Positions 43,430-52,878 of a DNA stretch of 64,000 nucleotides are shown piece after piece. Position numbers and translations under genes: made by a program. The notes under the pieces were generated by a model, which had not been told where the DNA came from, searched no databases, and saw only the letters and a list, made by a program, of their open reading frames with translations. Origin of the DNA: Faecousia sp. (GTDB lineage Bacteria; Bacillota; Clostridia; Oscillospirales; Oscillospiraceae); NCBI GenBank assembly GCA_045594585.1, contig JAZNYV010000186.1:77335-141334 (forward strand), given 5' to 3'. Every line of letters starts with the position of its first letter. Within the stretch, counting starts at the first letter, position 1.

Positions 43430-45031
43430 TCAGCCTCTGCTGCGGAATTCCAAATATTCGTCATAGGTGCCGCTGCGGTCGGAGATAGAGCCGTCTGCCT
43501 TGAACTCTATGATCCGATTGGCTACAGACTGGAGCAATTCGTGGTCATGACTTGCAAACAGCACGTTCCCCGGGAAGGCGATCATACCCTTGTTCACAGC
43601 CTGTATAGATTCCATATCCAGGTGATTGGTAGGCTGATCCAGGAGGATCACGTTAGCCCCGGACAGCATCATCTTAGACAGCATACAACGGACCTTCTCT
43701 CCGCCGGACAGGACGTTCACCGGTTTAAAGACATCCTCCCCGGAAAACAGCATCCGTCCCAGGAAGCCACGGAGATACACATCATCCTTCTTGGCGGAGA
43801 ACTGTCTCAGCCAATCTACCAGGCTGTCCGTACAGCCTTCAAAGTACTCCGTGTTATCCTTGGGAAAATAGCTCCGGGAGGTAGACACGCCCCATTTCAC
43901 AGTACCCTCATCCGGCTCCAGCTCGCCCATAAGGATCTTGAACATGGTCGTCTGCGCCAGTTCGTTTTCACCGATAAAGGCGATCTTATCGTTCTTATTT
44001 ACCGTGAAGGAGACCTTGTCCAGGAGCTTAACGCCATCCACAGTTTTGGAAACCTCTGTTACAAAGAGAATATCCTTTCCCACTTCCCTTTCCCTGGTGA
44101 ACCCAACAAAGGGATATCTGCGGGTAGATGCAGGCATTTCCTCGATGCTCAGCTTATCCAGCAGACGTCGCCTTGCAGTGGCCTGCTTGCTCTTGGCCTT
44201 ATTGGCAGAGAACCGTGAAATAAACTCCTGCAGTTCAGCGATCTTCTCTTCATTCCGCTTATTCTTGTTGCGGATGAGCTGCTGTACAAGCTGGGAGGAC
44301 TCATACCAGAAATCGTAGTTGCCAACGTACATCTTGACCTTTCCGTAGTCAAAGTCGCAGATGTGGCTGCAGACCGTGTTCAGGAAATGACGGTCATGGC
44401 TCACAACGATAATGGTCCCCTTCTCCTCATAGTTGAGAATAAAGTCCTCCAGCCACGTAATGGATTCGATATCTAAGTTGTTGGTAGGCTCGTCCAGGAG
44501 GATGATCTCCGGCTCTCCGAAGAGAGCCTGAGCAAGGAGGACCTTCACCTTGAGTCTGCCGTCCATATCTGCCATCATATCATAATGCATTTCAACAGGG
44601 ATCCCCAGGCCCTGGAGTATGCGGCTTGCGTCAGACTCAGCCTCCCAGCCGTTCATTTCCGCAAACTCGATCTCCAGCTCCGAGGCCCGCATTCCGTCTT
44701 CGTCTGTAAAGTCTGCCTTTGCATAGAGGGCGTCCTTCTCCTTCATGACCTCATAGAGACGACGGTTTCCCATTATGACCGTATCCAGAATGCTGTACTC
44801 ATCATACGCAAACTGATCCTGCTTCAACACAGACATACGCAGACCGGGTTTAATATGGATCTCTCCCTTTGTGGTTTCCAGCTCTCCGGAGAGGAGCTTC
44901 AAGAAGGAGGATTTCCCCGCACCGTTTGCACCGATCACTCCATAGCAGTTGCCGGGAGTAAATTGCAGATCCACGTGTTGGAACAAAAAGGTCCCTCCAA
45001 ACTGAAGTGCAACATCGCTTACCGTAATCAT
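43430..45031 (-). CDS. ABC-F family ATPase (YbiT/YkpA-like)
   Basis: Two NBDs, no TM segment; GANGAGKS, LLDEPTNNLD, SHDRHFLN, interdomain linker FISRFSANKAKSKQATAR, LSGGEKVR. Confidence 0.92.
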   Translation of the reverse strand: MITVSDVALQFGGTFLFQHVDLQFTPGNCYGVIGANGAGKSSFLKLLSGELETTKGEIHIKPGLRMSVLKQDQFAYDEYSILDTVIMGNRRLYEVMKEKDALYAKADFTDEDGMRASELEIEFAEMNGWEAESDASRILQGLGIPVEMHYDMMADMDGRLKVKVLLAQALFGEPEIILLDEPTNNLDIESITWLEDFILNYEEKGTIIVVSHDRHFLNTVCSHICDFDYGKVKMYVGNYDFWYESSQLVQQLIRNKNKRNEEKIAELQEFISRFSANKAKSKQATARRRLLDKLSIEEMPASTRRYPFVGFTREREVGKDILFVTEVSKTVDGVKLLDKVSFTVNKNDKIAFIGENELAQTTMFKILMGELEPDEGTVKWGVSTSRSYFPKDNTEYFEGCTDSLVDWLRQFSAKKDDVYLRGFLGRMLFSGEDVFKPVNVLSGGEKVRCMLSKMMLSGANVILLDQPTNHLDMESIQAVNKGMIAFPGNVLFASHDHELLQSVANRIIEFKADGSISDRSGTYDEYLEFRSRG

Positions 45032-45089
45032 ATCGTATTCCCTCCAATATCCATATACAGAATTTTATACTTCACAAAACCGGGAGCAA

Positions 45090-48000
45090 CTATTTGGTAA
45101 AATAAATGTTAGCTGCCTGATTATACAGGAACAACGCCGCCACACAATCCTGAACCGTAGGTCCATGGATGCCGTTTGCGTTGATGCGGACAGAGGCACA
45201 GTAGGACATGGGAGAATAGGAAATCTCGCTGCTTTCCTGCCCGTCAAAGATCGTGATGGTAGCGTACTCGTCCAGGTCCTTGGCAGAAATGTTCTCAATA
45301 TCCACATAATACAGACCGGACGTAAACATCACCGGCAGCTCTTCCCCATTATGGGTAACCGTAAGGCCTTCCGGGGATGCATCCATTCTCATAAAGAGCC
45401 GGAGTGTCGTCTCGGATTTCAGAAGCAGAGAGGCTCCTGCGAATCGGACGAGACTTGTGCCCTGATCCTTATTGATGGGGAAGCCCTCAATACTTACGGA
45501 GCTATAGTCCGGTGTCTCCAGACCTTCATTGGCAAGTCGCTCCGTATGATAGCCGAAGTGGATCTGAGATGCCGCACCATAGTTGAGCATGGCATGGATC
45601 AGATTCCGAAGGGGCTCTTCGATGTTGTTTGCCAGCATCCGATCTCCGTAAGTCTTAACGGAATAGGTATATTCCTCCGTAGACCTCTCGCCATAGAAGA
45701 ACTGTCCTATGATGGTATCCGTCATTTCCCTGGCAGCTACCTCACAGGTAAATACGTAGTAGGTATGTCCCAGGAATTGGGTCTCTACACCTTCGTATGC
45801 AGGGATCTTGAGCTGTTCTTCATTTTCCAGGGTAAAGAGCATATACGCACTCTCATCCCTGTAGATCTCCTCTGTAAGGCTCATATAGAACTTCACTGCA
45901 ATATTGCCCTCCAGACTCAGTGTGCGGAAGCTAAGGACCGCCTCCTCCACTTGCACATTACAGCGATCACAGAAATTATCCTTGGGAAATTCGTCTGTAT
46001 GCTCCTTCACAGGAAGGACCTGCTGGGCTGTGAGGACAGCATTACAGACGGAGCAATGCTTACCCTCGGTGAGGCCTGTTTCCGTACAGGTGGCTGCAAC
46101 TGCCTTATCTATGACCTCGGTATGTCCCTTAGCAGGAACAGTCTGCTGGGCTGTGAGGACAGCATTACATACGGAGCAATGCTTACCCTCGGTGAGGCCT
46201 GTTTCGGTACAAGTAGCCGCAACTGCCTTGTCTATGACCTCGGTATGTCCCTTGGCTGCTACAACAGTATCTTGGTAGGAGTCAGAGCAACGGGAACAGG
46301 TATGGGTGGTGTAGCCCTGTGCGGTACAGGTGGGAGACGTAACCTTGGTGGTATAGCTGTGTCCCAGTGCCCCGGTGGTAGCCGTGAAGCTAAAGGTGCC
46401 GTAGGTCGTGGTATTCCACTTATAGCTGTCAGTGCCCGTTGCGGTGCAGGTGGCTGCCTTGGTCACGGTCTTGGTATAATCCGTGGTATTCAGCTTAGGC
46501 AGGGTCACGGTGGTAGTCCCGGAGCACTTGGAGCAGGTTCCTGTCAAGGTGCCTGTTGCAGAGATGGTGGGGTTCTTGGTGGCCTTATAGCTATAGCTGT
46601 GAGCTTCATTCCTGCTGTAACCACAAGAGCAGGAGGCCTTATGATAGGTCGTATCCACCTTACCATAGGTAAAGCTGTGAGCTGTTGCAGTATAGGTAGC
46701 AGTAATGGTGGTATCGGCAGTAATGTTGGTCAAAGCCTTGTCCCATCCCTTAAAGCTATAGTGATTGGTTGCATCGGAAGCCTTGGTGGGAGTTTCACCT
46801 GTATAGGTAGCCGCCTCCCCTTTGTTGACAAGCTGTGTGGCAAGGGTCTTCCCTGCTCCGTCCTTAAAGGTGACCGTATAGGCTGGAGTCGGAAGATCTG
46901 CCAAGGTTCCTACATAGATATAGTCAATGGTCACCTTGCCCAAATTAGCGGAATCACTGCTCTTGATATTCATAAATCGAACACCGAAGGATGTAATCTT
47001 AGCCGCATTTTTAAATGTTGAGCTAAGAGGAGCTGTAATGACCTGATAGGATCCTGTCTTAAAAGTAAAGGCTGTATTCAGATCCCCATACTTAATAGCA
47101 TCTACGCCCTTGGCATTGTCGTAGTGGTACTCCAACTGAATGGTATTACTGCCGGTAGATACCACGCCGTCCAGCTTAAAGCGGATCTGGAAATATTGAG
47201 CCTTTGAGGGCACGTAGCTCAAAGGGGCATATCCCGGACGGCCGTTCCAAGGGAATACGCCGTAGGTGGTAGAGGTCATGAATTTGGGACCGGGCTCCTT
47301 TTCCCCTTCCAGATCATCTCCCACCTTGACAATGGCCGTCCCGGATGCATTATCAATGGTAAAGTTGGTGTAGTTTGTGGATTCTCCCTGTGCTGTTGCA
47401 TTGGTAGCCCAGAAGGCCTCTGTAGGGCGGTCATAATTCTGATATCCGTAGCTGTGGCTGTTATATCTGTCAACAGCGGCTTCCGTATTATCAAAATGGA
47501 AAAGCAAATTATCCGTCTCGGGACGAGAGTCCATAGGCCCAACGTACACATAGTCAATGGAAATAGAGGCATTTTTCCCGGGAGCGGAATTGATGGAGTT
47601 CACAAAGGGACGGATCGCCGTGATCATTTCCGCTTCCTCATAGTAGGTGGAGTCCATGGTAAACAGCAGAGTGAAGTACCCTTTGTTAACCACCTTGGTC
47701 AGGTCGAATTCCATGGAATCATTGCGGCTTTCTCCGGGCTCCATTCCACCGTAGCCAAAGAAGAGGTGGAAGGAAGCAGTCTTACCGTCGGATTTGGTAG
47801 AGATCGCATTGTCGATCCGCAGACGAACCTGGCAATAATCCTTTTCCCCGGGGTAAAAACGCAAGGGATAGTTGGCCGTGTTGTTATTGGGGCAGGATTG
47901 GATATAGTGATATTTGGTCGTATCCGCGGACAAGACCGTAAAGTGGATCGCTCCCTCGGAGATGCTGGGTGCAGTGGTGCGGGTGTTAGGATACCACCAG

Positions 48001-50153
48001 TTGGATGCAAGATCGAAATTCATTCCCCCATAAGGACGGGTCTGATACCGCTGCTGATCCACATTTTGATTATCGAAACCGAAATACAAATGATTCTGCT
48101 CCGGCATGAAGGTCCGGGGGCCTACGTAGATATAGTCAAAGGTGATCTTGGCCTGTTGATCCTGGGCATTCTGGATCTGATTGATAAAGGCTCGGAGAGA
48201 AGTGACCTTTCCTGTCCAATTGGCATCCATGGGAATGGTATAGGTCACAAAGTCCTTATCGGATACATCCGCTGTCTTAAATGCCACACGGACGGATCTG
48301 TTGCTGATATTATCGCCATCTATACCATAGAAGAGAATAAACTCACTATAGCCATTGGTCTTAGAGGATACTGCATGATCCAGCTTAAACCGAACCTGAC
48401 ACACATCCTCCGGGCCGGCAGTAAAGCTAAGAGGATGAGACTCCCATGCAGTGCCTGTCTCGATGTAGTGATAGGTGGTGGTGTTGCCGGCTGCGACGGT
48501 AATACTGATGTTACTGTCGGAAATGACGGGAGCAGAGGTCCTTCCCTCGGGAGCATACCAGCTCTCTGCTAAGTCATAGTTCACATTGCCGTAGCTCTTA
48601 TTCTTATACCGTGCTTGGGCTGCAGCAGTGTTATCAAAGTCAAAATACAGATACCCTGCATCACGTATAAAGGTAAAATAATCCAGATTTGCAAGGTTGG
48701 TGCTTGCTGTTCCCGTAGCCTTTACAAACAGCTTATGCTCGCCGGGCAGAACAGTTTTGCTGAGGTTGATGGTCTTGGCCCCTACAGCGGAATCTGCCGC
48801 AAGAGTGTAGGTGCCGATCAAATTACTGCTGCTGATGGAATCAATATAGAACAGCAGCTTTGCACCCTTCAAAAGTCCCCGAACACCGATTTTTAGCTGG
48901 TATTCATCACCGTTAAAGTAAACATTGCGATATTCCAGCCATTCTTCATTGCGGAGGTTATTTACGACTTTATTCATAGAAGAATTCGCTTCTAAGGGCA
49001 GGGAAAAGTTGGCATTTACAGAGCTCATATTATGGAAGTGCTCTGCCTGTATGGTCTCGTTAGAGGCTCTCTGCCGATTATAGTCGTACAAATAGGCAGA
49101 AAGCTCACTGGCTCGGTCGTTCATAATACCGTCAAAGCCGATACCCAGCATATAGGCCCAAGTCTTTTCGCTATCGGGTCTGCCACCGCTCCAGCCGCCG
49201 GTAGAAATGGTAGAACCATAGAGAGAAATGTTATTCTTGTCACAGAAGGCATCAAAGGACTCAGTAATCAGTGCTTCGTAGGCCGCCGCATTGGTAGCGT
49301 TATAGGTGACCTCGACCGCCTTCAGATAAGTACCGTTGTCCAAATGTGTCTGGAGAGTTGCCTCGTCGGGCTTGCCCATTACGTGCATATGGAGGATAGT
49401 ATTCTTAACATCTGCCTGGGTAATGGTGTCATTGGGGTAGGCTGCGTTCCAGACGTTTGCCGCAGCAGTGGCCCAGGTGTTAATGGTGCTTGCCCCCTTA
49501 GAGATCTTGAAGAATGCATTGTTCAGCATTCCCTTCTCACGCAGGACCTTGTAGCAAGCTGTAAATACAGCCTGAGAGCTGCACTTGTCAATGGTGATCA
49601 GGGTCTTGGGGCCGTACATTTTTACCAGATCCAGGCAATCGTCGAAACGAGCCACATAGACCTTGCCCCCCGAAGCAGCAGTACTGCCGTAGTGAGACTG
49701 ATAGCCAGGCAGGGAGTTCAGGATCTTTGCCTGGGCAGCCGTCATGGTGTAGGCGGTGGTGTTGGAGCTCCCACCCTGTTCTGCCCGGAGTGCCATTGTC
49801 TTAAGCTGAGACCAGTTGTAATCCGCCACATTTCCTGTGGAGCCAACCACTGTGCGATCAATGGTAGTATCATGGAAAAGGGTTAGCACTCCATCCTTAC
49901 TGAGCATAACGTCGATCTCAATGCCATCTATGCCCATAGCAATGGAGTGATAGATAGCAGGGAGTGAGTTCTCCGGTGCCAGCTTCCATGCAGCACGGTG
50001 GGTAAAGGATACAGGGATCTCTCTTTGGACCTTGCTAATGGCATCCTGAGCACCGTATGTAGGTGCAGGATAGGCCGCTGTTACAGGACCGACCTGCAGC
50101 AGAAGCATCAAGGTCAGGATCGCAACGAACATACGCTTCAAACATTTTCTCAT
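45090..50153 (-). CDS. Secreted multimodular glycerophosphodiester phosphodiesterase (GDPD + CBM6-like + 3 repeated ~190-aa modules + Cys repeats + shared C-terminal module), 1687 aa
   Basis: Signal peptide; HRA....PENS......A.G.D.IEIDV..SKDG..TLFHD.TIDRT; IQAEHF / LRNEEWLEY; repeats described under findings. Confidence 0.82.
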   Translation of the reverse strand: MRKCLKRMFVAILTLMLLLQVGPVTAAYPAPTYGAQDAISKVQREIPVSFTHRAAWKLAPENSLPAIYHSIAMGIDGIEIDVMLSKDGVLTLFHDTTIDRTVVGSTGNVADYNWSQLKTMALRAEQGGSSNTTAYTMTAAQAKILNSLPGYQSHYGSTAASGGKVYVARFDDCLDLVKMYGPKTLITIDKCSSQAVFTACYKVLREKGMLNNAFFKISKGASTINTWATAAANVWNAAYPNDTITQADVKNTILHMHVMGKPDEATLQTHLDNGTYLKAVEVTYNATNAAAYEALITESFDAFCDKNNISLYGSTISTGGWSGGRPDSEKTWAYMLGIGFDGIMNDRASELSAYLYDYNRQRASNETIQAEHFHNMSSVNANFSLPLEANSSMNKVVNNLRNEEWLEYRNVYFNGDEYQLKIGVRGLLKGAKLLFYIDSISSSNLIGTYTLAADSAVGAKTINLSKTVLPGEHKLFVKATGTASTNLANLDYFTFIRDAGYLYFDFDNTAAAQARYKNKSYGNVNYDLAESWYAPEGRTSAPVISDSNISITVAAGNTTTYHYIETGTAWESHPLSFTAGPEDVCQVRFKLDHAVSSKTNGYSEFILFYGIDGDNISNRSVRVAFKTADVSDKDFVTYTIPMDANWTGKVTSLRAFINQIQNAQDQQAKITFDYIYVGPRTFMPEQNHLYFGFDNQNVDQQRYQTRPYGGMNFDLASNWWYPNTRTTAPSISEGAIHFTVLSADTTKYHYIQSCPNNNTANYPLRFYPGEKDYCQVRLRIDNAISTKSDGKTASFHLFFGYGGMEPGESRNDSMEFDLTKVVNKGYFTLLFTMDSTYYEEAEMITAIRPFVNSINSAPGKNASISIDYVYVGPMDSRPETDNLLFHFDNTEAAVDRYNSHSYGYQNYDRPTEAFWATNATAQGESTNYTNFTIDNASGTAIVKVGDDLEGEKEPGPKFMTSTTYGVFPWNGRPGYAPLSYVPSKAQYFQIRFKLDGVVSTGSNTIQLEYHYDNAKGVDAIKYGDLNTAFTFKTGSYQVITAPLSSTFKNAAKITSFGVRFMNIKSSDSANLGKVTIDYIYVGTLADLPTPAYTVTFKDGAGKTLATQLVNKGEAATYTGETPTKASDATNHYSFKGWDKALTNITADTTITATYTATAHSFTYGKVDTTYHKASCSCGYSRNEAHSYSYKATKNPTISATGTLTGTCSKCSGTTTVTLPKLNTTDYTKTVTKAATCTATGTDSYKWNTTTYGTFSFTATTGALGHSYTTKVTSPTCTAQGYTTHTCSRCSDSYQDTVVAAKGHTEVIDKAVAATCTETGLTEGKHCSVCNAVLTAQQTVPAKGHTEVIDKAVAATCTETGLTEGKHCSVCNAVLTAQQVLPVKEHTDEFPKDNFCDRCNVQVEEAVLSFRTLSLEGNIAVKFYMSLTEEIYRDESAYMLFTLENEEQLKIPAYEGVETQFLGHTYYVFTCEVAAREMTDTIIGQFFYGERSTEEYTYSVKTYGDRMLANNIEEPLRNLIHAMLNYGAASQIHFGYHTERLANEGLETPDYSSVSIEGFPINKDQGTSLVRFAGASLLLKSETTLRLFMRMDASPEGLTVTHNGEELPVMFTSGLYYVDIENISAKDLDEYATITIFDGQESSEISYSPMSYCASVRINANGIHGPTVQDCVAALFLYNQAANIYFTK
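46020..46256 (-). repeat. 123-bp tandem duplication (41-aa Cys-rich repeat AKGHTEVIDKAVAATCTETGLTEGKHCSVCNAVLTAQQ) inside the GDPD gene
   Basis: Near-identical copies starting at 46020 and 46143. Confidence 0.9.
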
Positions 50154-50188
50154 AGATTTTAACCTCCAAGCATAAAAATCCTAATTTT

Positions 50189-50240
50189 ATTATATCCTCA
50201 AATTTCCATTCTGTCAATTTCCGCTTCCATTCTTTCGACA
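50189..50240 (-). promoter_or_regulatory. Consensus sigma-A promoter of the GDPD gene with an upstream 0A-box-like TGTCGAA
   Basis: TTGACA-17 nt-TATAAT (50217-50189); TGTCGAA at 50240-50234. Confidence 0.75.
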
Positions 50241-50258
50241 GTAATATCGCAATAAAAA

Positions 50259-50279
50259 ACGCCCGACTCTGTCGGGCGT
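50259..50279 (-). terminator. Terminator after DUF1294 gene
   Basis: ACGCCCGAC-AGA-GTCGGGCGT followed by TTTTT on minus strand. Confidence 0.8.
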
Positions 50280-50301
50280 GAAAAAAGCTGCAATATTACA
50301 A

Positions 50302-50589
50302 TTACCACGGAAGAGAAAGAATTCCTCTCTCAAATAGGAACACAACCAAACAGCCGTGGATCAAGATCATAATAGGTACACCCATTGCAAAACGGGCATG
50401 ACGAGTCTTGTGGTGGAACAGACGCATAGCAATAAAGGCACCTGCACAGCCTCCCAGCAGAGCCAGCCCAAGGAGGACGATCTCCGGAATACGCCAGCGT
50501 CGGTTAATAGCTCTCTGCTTATCCACACCGTAAAGGGCAAAAGTAAAAATATTCAAAATCAACATATATACAACATAGGAATAAAACAT
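50302..50589 (-). CDS. DUF1294 family membrane protein
   Basis: N..TF.LYG.DK.RA....WRIPE..LL..A.LGG..GA..AM..FHHKT; start after GGAGG. Confidence 0.88.
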   Translation of the reverse strand: MFYSYVVYMLILNIFTFALYGVDKQRAINRRWRIPEIVLLGLALLGGCAGAFIAMRLFHHKTRHARFAMGVPIMILIHGCLVVFLFERGILSLPW

Positions 50590-50767
50590 GGACCTTCCTC
50601 CGAGAATTAAAAAATCATGCACTGCAAGGACAGCGTTCAGTGCAATAGATATTACCATTATTTGGTTATAAAGTCAATACCATCTTTGTAAATGATTTTT
50701 GACCGTGACTTAAGAATTGACTTTTTACACAATTAGGAGTAGAATAGGGACGAAGGATGTGATACCA

Positions 50768-51226
50768 ATGAAAAGAAAGCATATTTTCCTCCTGTTGGGC
50801 ACCCTGCTGATCCTTATAGGCTTAGTTGTATGCTTGCTATTCGTCTTCTTCGGGCTATACGGCTCTTCCCAATCCTCGGGCAGTCCCGCAACTGCAGCTC
50901 CCTTGGAGGATATTGAGCTGTTTGTCATTGATCGCTGGCACTTCCGTGATTGCTCCTGGGATGCCGAAGGCAAGACCCTTACTGCCATTCGCACCTTTGA
51001 GCTCACCTATGAGGATGCACAGAAAATCGGTGCTCAAGTATTCACCGGAGATTTAGCCCCGGAAACATATCTGTCTCAAGCCATTACCATAGAGGCGGAT
51101 CTAAGCTCCCGTTTCTCTGCAGGAGAGCTGACCGTGGTCCTTTCTTTCTGCGGAAGTGACGGTGCAGAGCTATTCAGCGTAGACAGCAGAGGAAATATCG
51201 CCACCTGCTGGTCAACAGAACCATAA
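50768..51226 (+). CDS. Hypothetical N-terminally membrane-anchored protein
   Basis: Basic N-terminus plus hydrophobic helix; promoter TTGACT-17 nt-TAGAAT at 50717; no recognised family. Confidence 0.7.
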   Translation: MKRKHIFLLLGTLLILIGLVVCLLFVFFGLYGSSQSSGSPATAAPLEDIELFVIDRWHFRDCSWDAEGKTLTAIRTFELTYEDAQKIGAQVFTGDLAPETYLSQAITIEADLSSRFSAGELTVVLSFCGSDGAELFSVDSRGNIATCWSTEP

Positions 51227-51243
51227 GGAAAGGGTAATACAAA

Positions 51244-51702
51244 ATGATCCAAAAAATCAAGCATCTCTTTGATGAAAAAATGTGGAAGTTCCTCCTGGTC
51301 GGTATCCTCAACACACTGGTCGGTCAAGGACTGAGCTTCGTACTGTTAAGACTGATCCCCTGGGAGAGCTTCGGTCTGGGAAGTACTGCAGCCGTTAATA
51401 TTTCTGCAGGGATCTCCACAGTTTTGGCCAGTATTATGAGCTATTATCTCAACAAGCATTTTACCTTCCGTTATCAAGGCAAGGATCGTAGGGTAGCTCT
51501 GCGATTTGCCTTGAATATTTCGGTATGCTATGTGATTGCTTACAATATCATTGCCTCTCTAACCGTTCTCATCCTATCCGGGCAGCCTAAATGGATCGTA
51601 GAATACGGTTCTATGTTAGTCGGTATGTGCAGCTTCGTTGCCTGTAATTACATCGGCCAGCGTTTTTTCACCTTCCGCGAGTCGGGAGAGAAGAATGATT
51701 GA
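51244..51702 (+). CDS. GtrA family protein
   Basis: KFLLVGILNTLV, SYYLNKHFTF, NYIGQRFFTF. Confidence 0.9.
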   Translation: MIQKIKHLFDEKMWKFLLVGILNTLVGQGLSFVLLRLIPWESFGLGSTAAVNISAGISTVLASIMSYYLNKHFTFRYQGKDRRVALRFALNISVCYVIAYNIIASLTVLILSGQPKWIVEYGSMLVGMCSFVACNYIGQRFFTFRESGEKND

Positions 51703-51763
51703 TTCTCCCTTTTTCTTCCAAAGCATACCATCTATTTTTTCTTATGATCTGAGGTGATATCCC

Positions 51764-52462
51764 TTGCTTAGAAACACGCTCCGTAAAATCGTCCCCACCT
51801 ACGCGATCCTCCCCATGTGTCTGACAGCACTGAGCCTGCTGTGCTCCTACCAGGCTGCAAAGCTGTGCCAATTCCTCTTCGGTTTTACAAACCCTACAGA
51901 CCTTACTATGGCTTTTGATAGCAGCACCCCTTTTCTTCCCGGCTGGGTTTGGATATATCTTGGGTCCTATCTCTTCTGGATCTACGTATATACCACCGCT
52001 GCAAGGGATAGCCTTCGCACTGCCTGCAGGTTAGCTGCCGCCGACATAGTCGGCAAGCTGATCTGCCTTGTATTTTTCCTGGCCTTCCCTACGACCAATG
52101 TCCGTCCCGCGGTAGAAGGAAGTGGTTTAACTGCCTTCCTGATGAGAACCGTTTACGCTCTGGATACGCCTACGAATCTATTTCCCTCGATCCATTGCTT
52201 CATAGCATGGCTGGGTACACGGTACATCCTAACAGCCCGCAATCTGTCTCAGAAGAGGCTCCATTGTGTATTTGCTCTCTTGGGCTGTCTGCTGGTCTTT
52301 GCCTCTACTCTGTTCACCAAACAGCACGTCCTATGGGATGTACTGGGAGGCATGGCTGCAGCAGAGATCGGAATTCTGACAGCACGGCTTTCCCCTCTTC
52401 CCCTTCTGTTAGAAAGGCTGAACACCAAATTCATGAAAACATCTGTATGCAAGCTCCTGTGA
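51764..52462 (+). CDS. PAP2-superfamily membrane protein (IPC synthase-like)
   Basis: D...PFLP.WVWIY, D.PTNLFPSIH, STLFTKQH...DV.GG. Confidence 0.82.
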   Translation: MLRNTLRKIVPTYAILPMCLTALSLLCSYQAAKLCQFLFGFTNPTDLTMAFDSSTPFLPGWVWIYLGSYLFWIYVYTTAARDSLRTACRLAAADIVGKLICLVFFLAFPTTNVRPAVEGSGLTAFLMRTVYALDTPTNLFPSIHCFIAWLGTRYILTARNLSQKRLHCVFALLGCLLVFASTLFTKQHVLWDVLGGMAAAEIGILTARLSPLPLLLERLNTKFMKTSVCKLL

Positions 52463-52503
52463 GCACTCCCGGTGTATTGCTCACTGTTGTTCTAATACTA
52501 TTT

Positions 52504-52533
52504 TTCAATGAAAAGTAGACACTTTTCATTGAA
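52504..52533 (+). terminator. 13-bp hairpin after the gtrA-PAP2 operon
   Basis: TTCAATGAAAAGT-AGAC-ACTTTTCATTGAA. Confidence 0.65.
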
Positions 52534-52567
52534 GCTTTTGTGCCACAAGTGACACAAAAGACGTCTC

Positions 52568-52814
52568 ATACAAGTTTCTACGCCCTTACGGGCTATAATA
52601 CTGTTTCTTGATAAAATGGTTTGAAAACCATTTTATTGCAGGATGAATATCCTGCCCCGCCTATGGCGGCAAGAACAGTATTACACGGCATTTCTTGGCG
52701 GTTTTGCCGCCATGCCGCTTACCAGCGGCATAATAAAACGGTTAATCCGTTTTATTAGAAATAAGTATAAAAAGTAGCCATTTCCAATGTTTGCTTTTTA
52801 AAGAAACTTGGTAT
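52568..52814. mobile_element. Non-coding ~247-bp palindromic element with terminal inverted repeats (MITE/REP-like or structured RNA)
   Basis: CAAGTTTCT (52571-52579) / AGAAACTTG (52802-52810) bound two multi-hairpin junctions; no ORF. Confidence 0.5.
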
Positions 52815-52830
52815 AAATTACCCTATGAAT

Positions 52831-52870
52831 AAGCCTTCCCACAGCCTGTGTTTCAGGTGTGGGAAGGCTT
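52831..52870 (-). terminator. Terminator of the oxidoreductase-DUF4298 operon
   Basis: AAGCCTTCCCACA...TGTGGGAAGGCTT, 13-bp stem. Confidence 0.75.
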
Positions 52871-52878
52871 TTCACGCA

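Noticed and set aside
46020-46256. Tandem DNA repeat as a possible CRISPR array
   Set aside because: In-frame 123-bp coding duplication without unique spacers; no cas genes and no CRISPR array seen in the window
45165-47021. 618-aa plus-strand ORF, and other long antisense ORFs (47454-48572, 49032-49886, 36849-37817)
   Set aside because: Antisense shadows of the GDPD and ftsK genes
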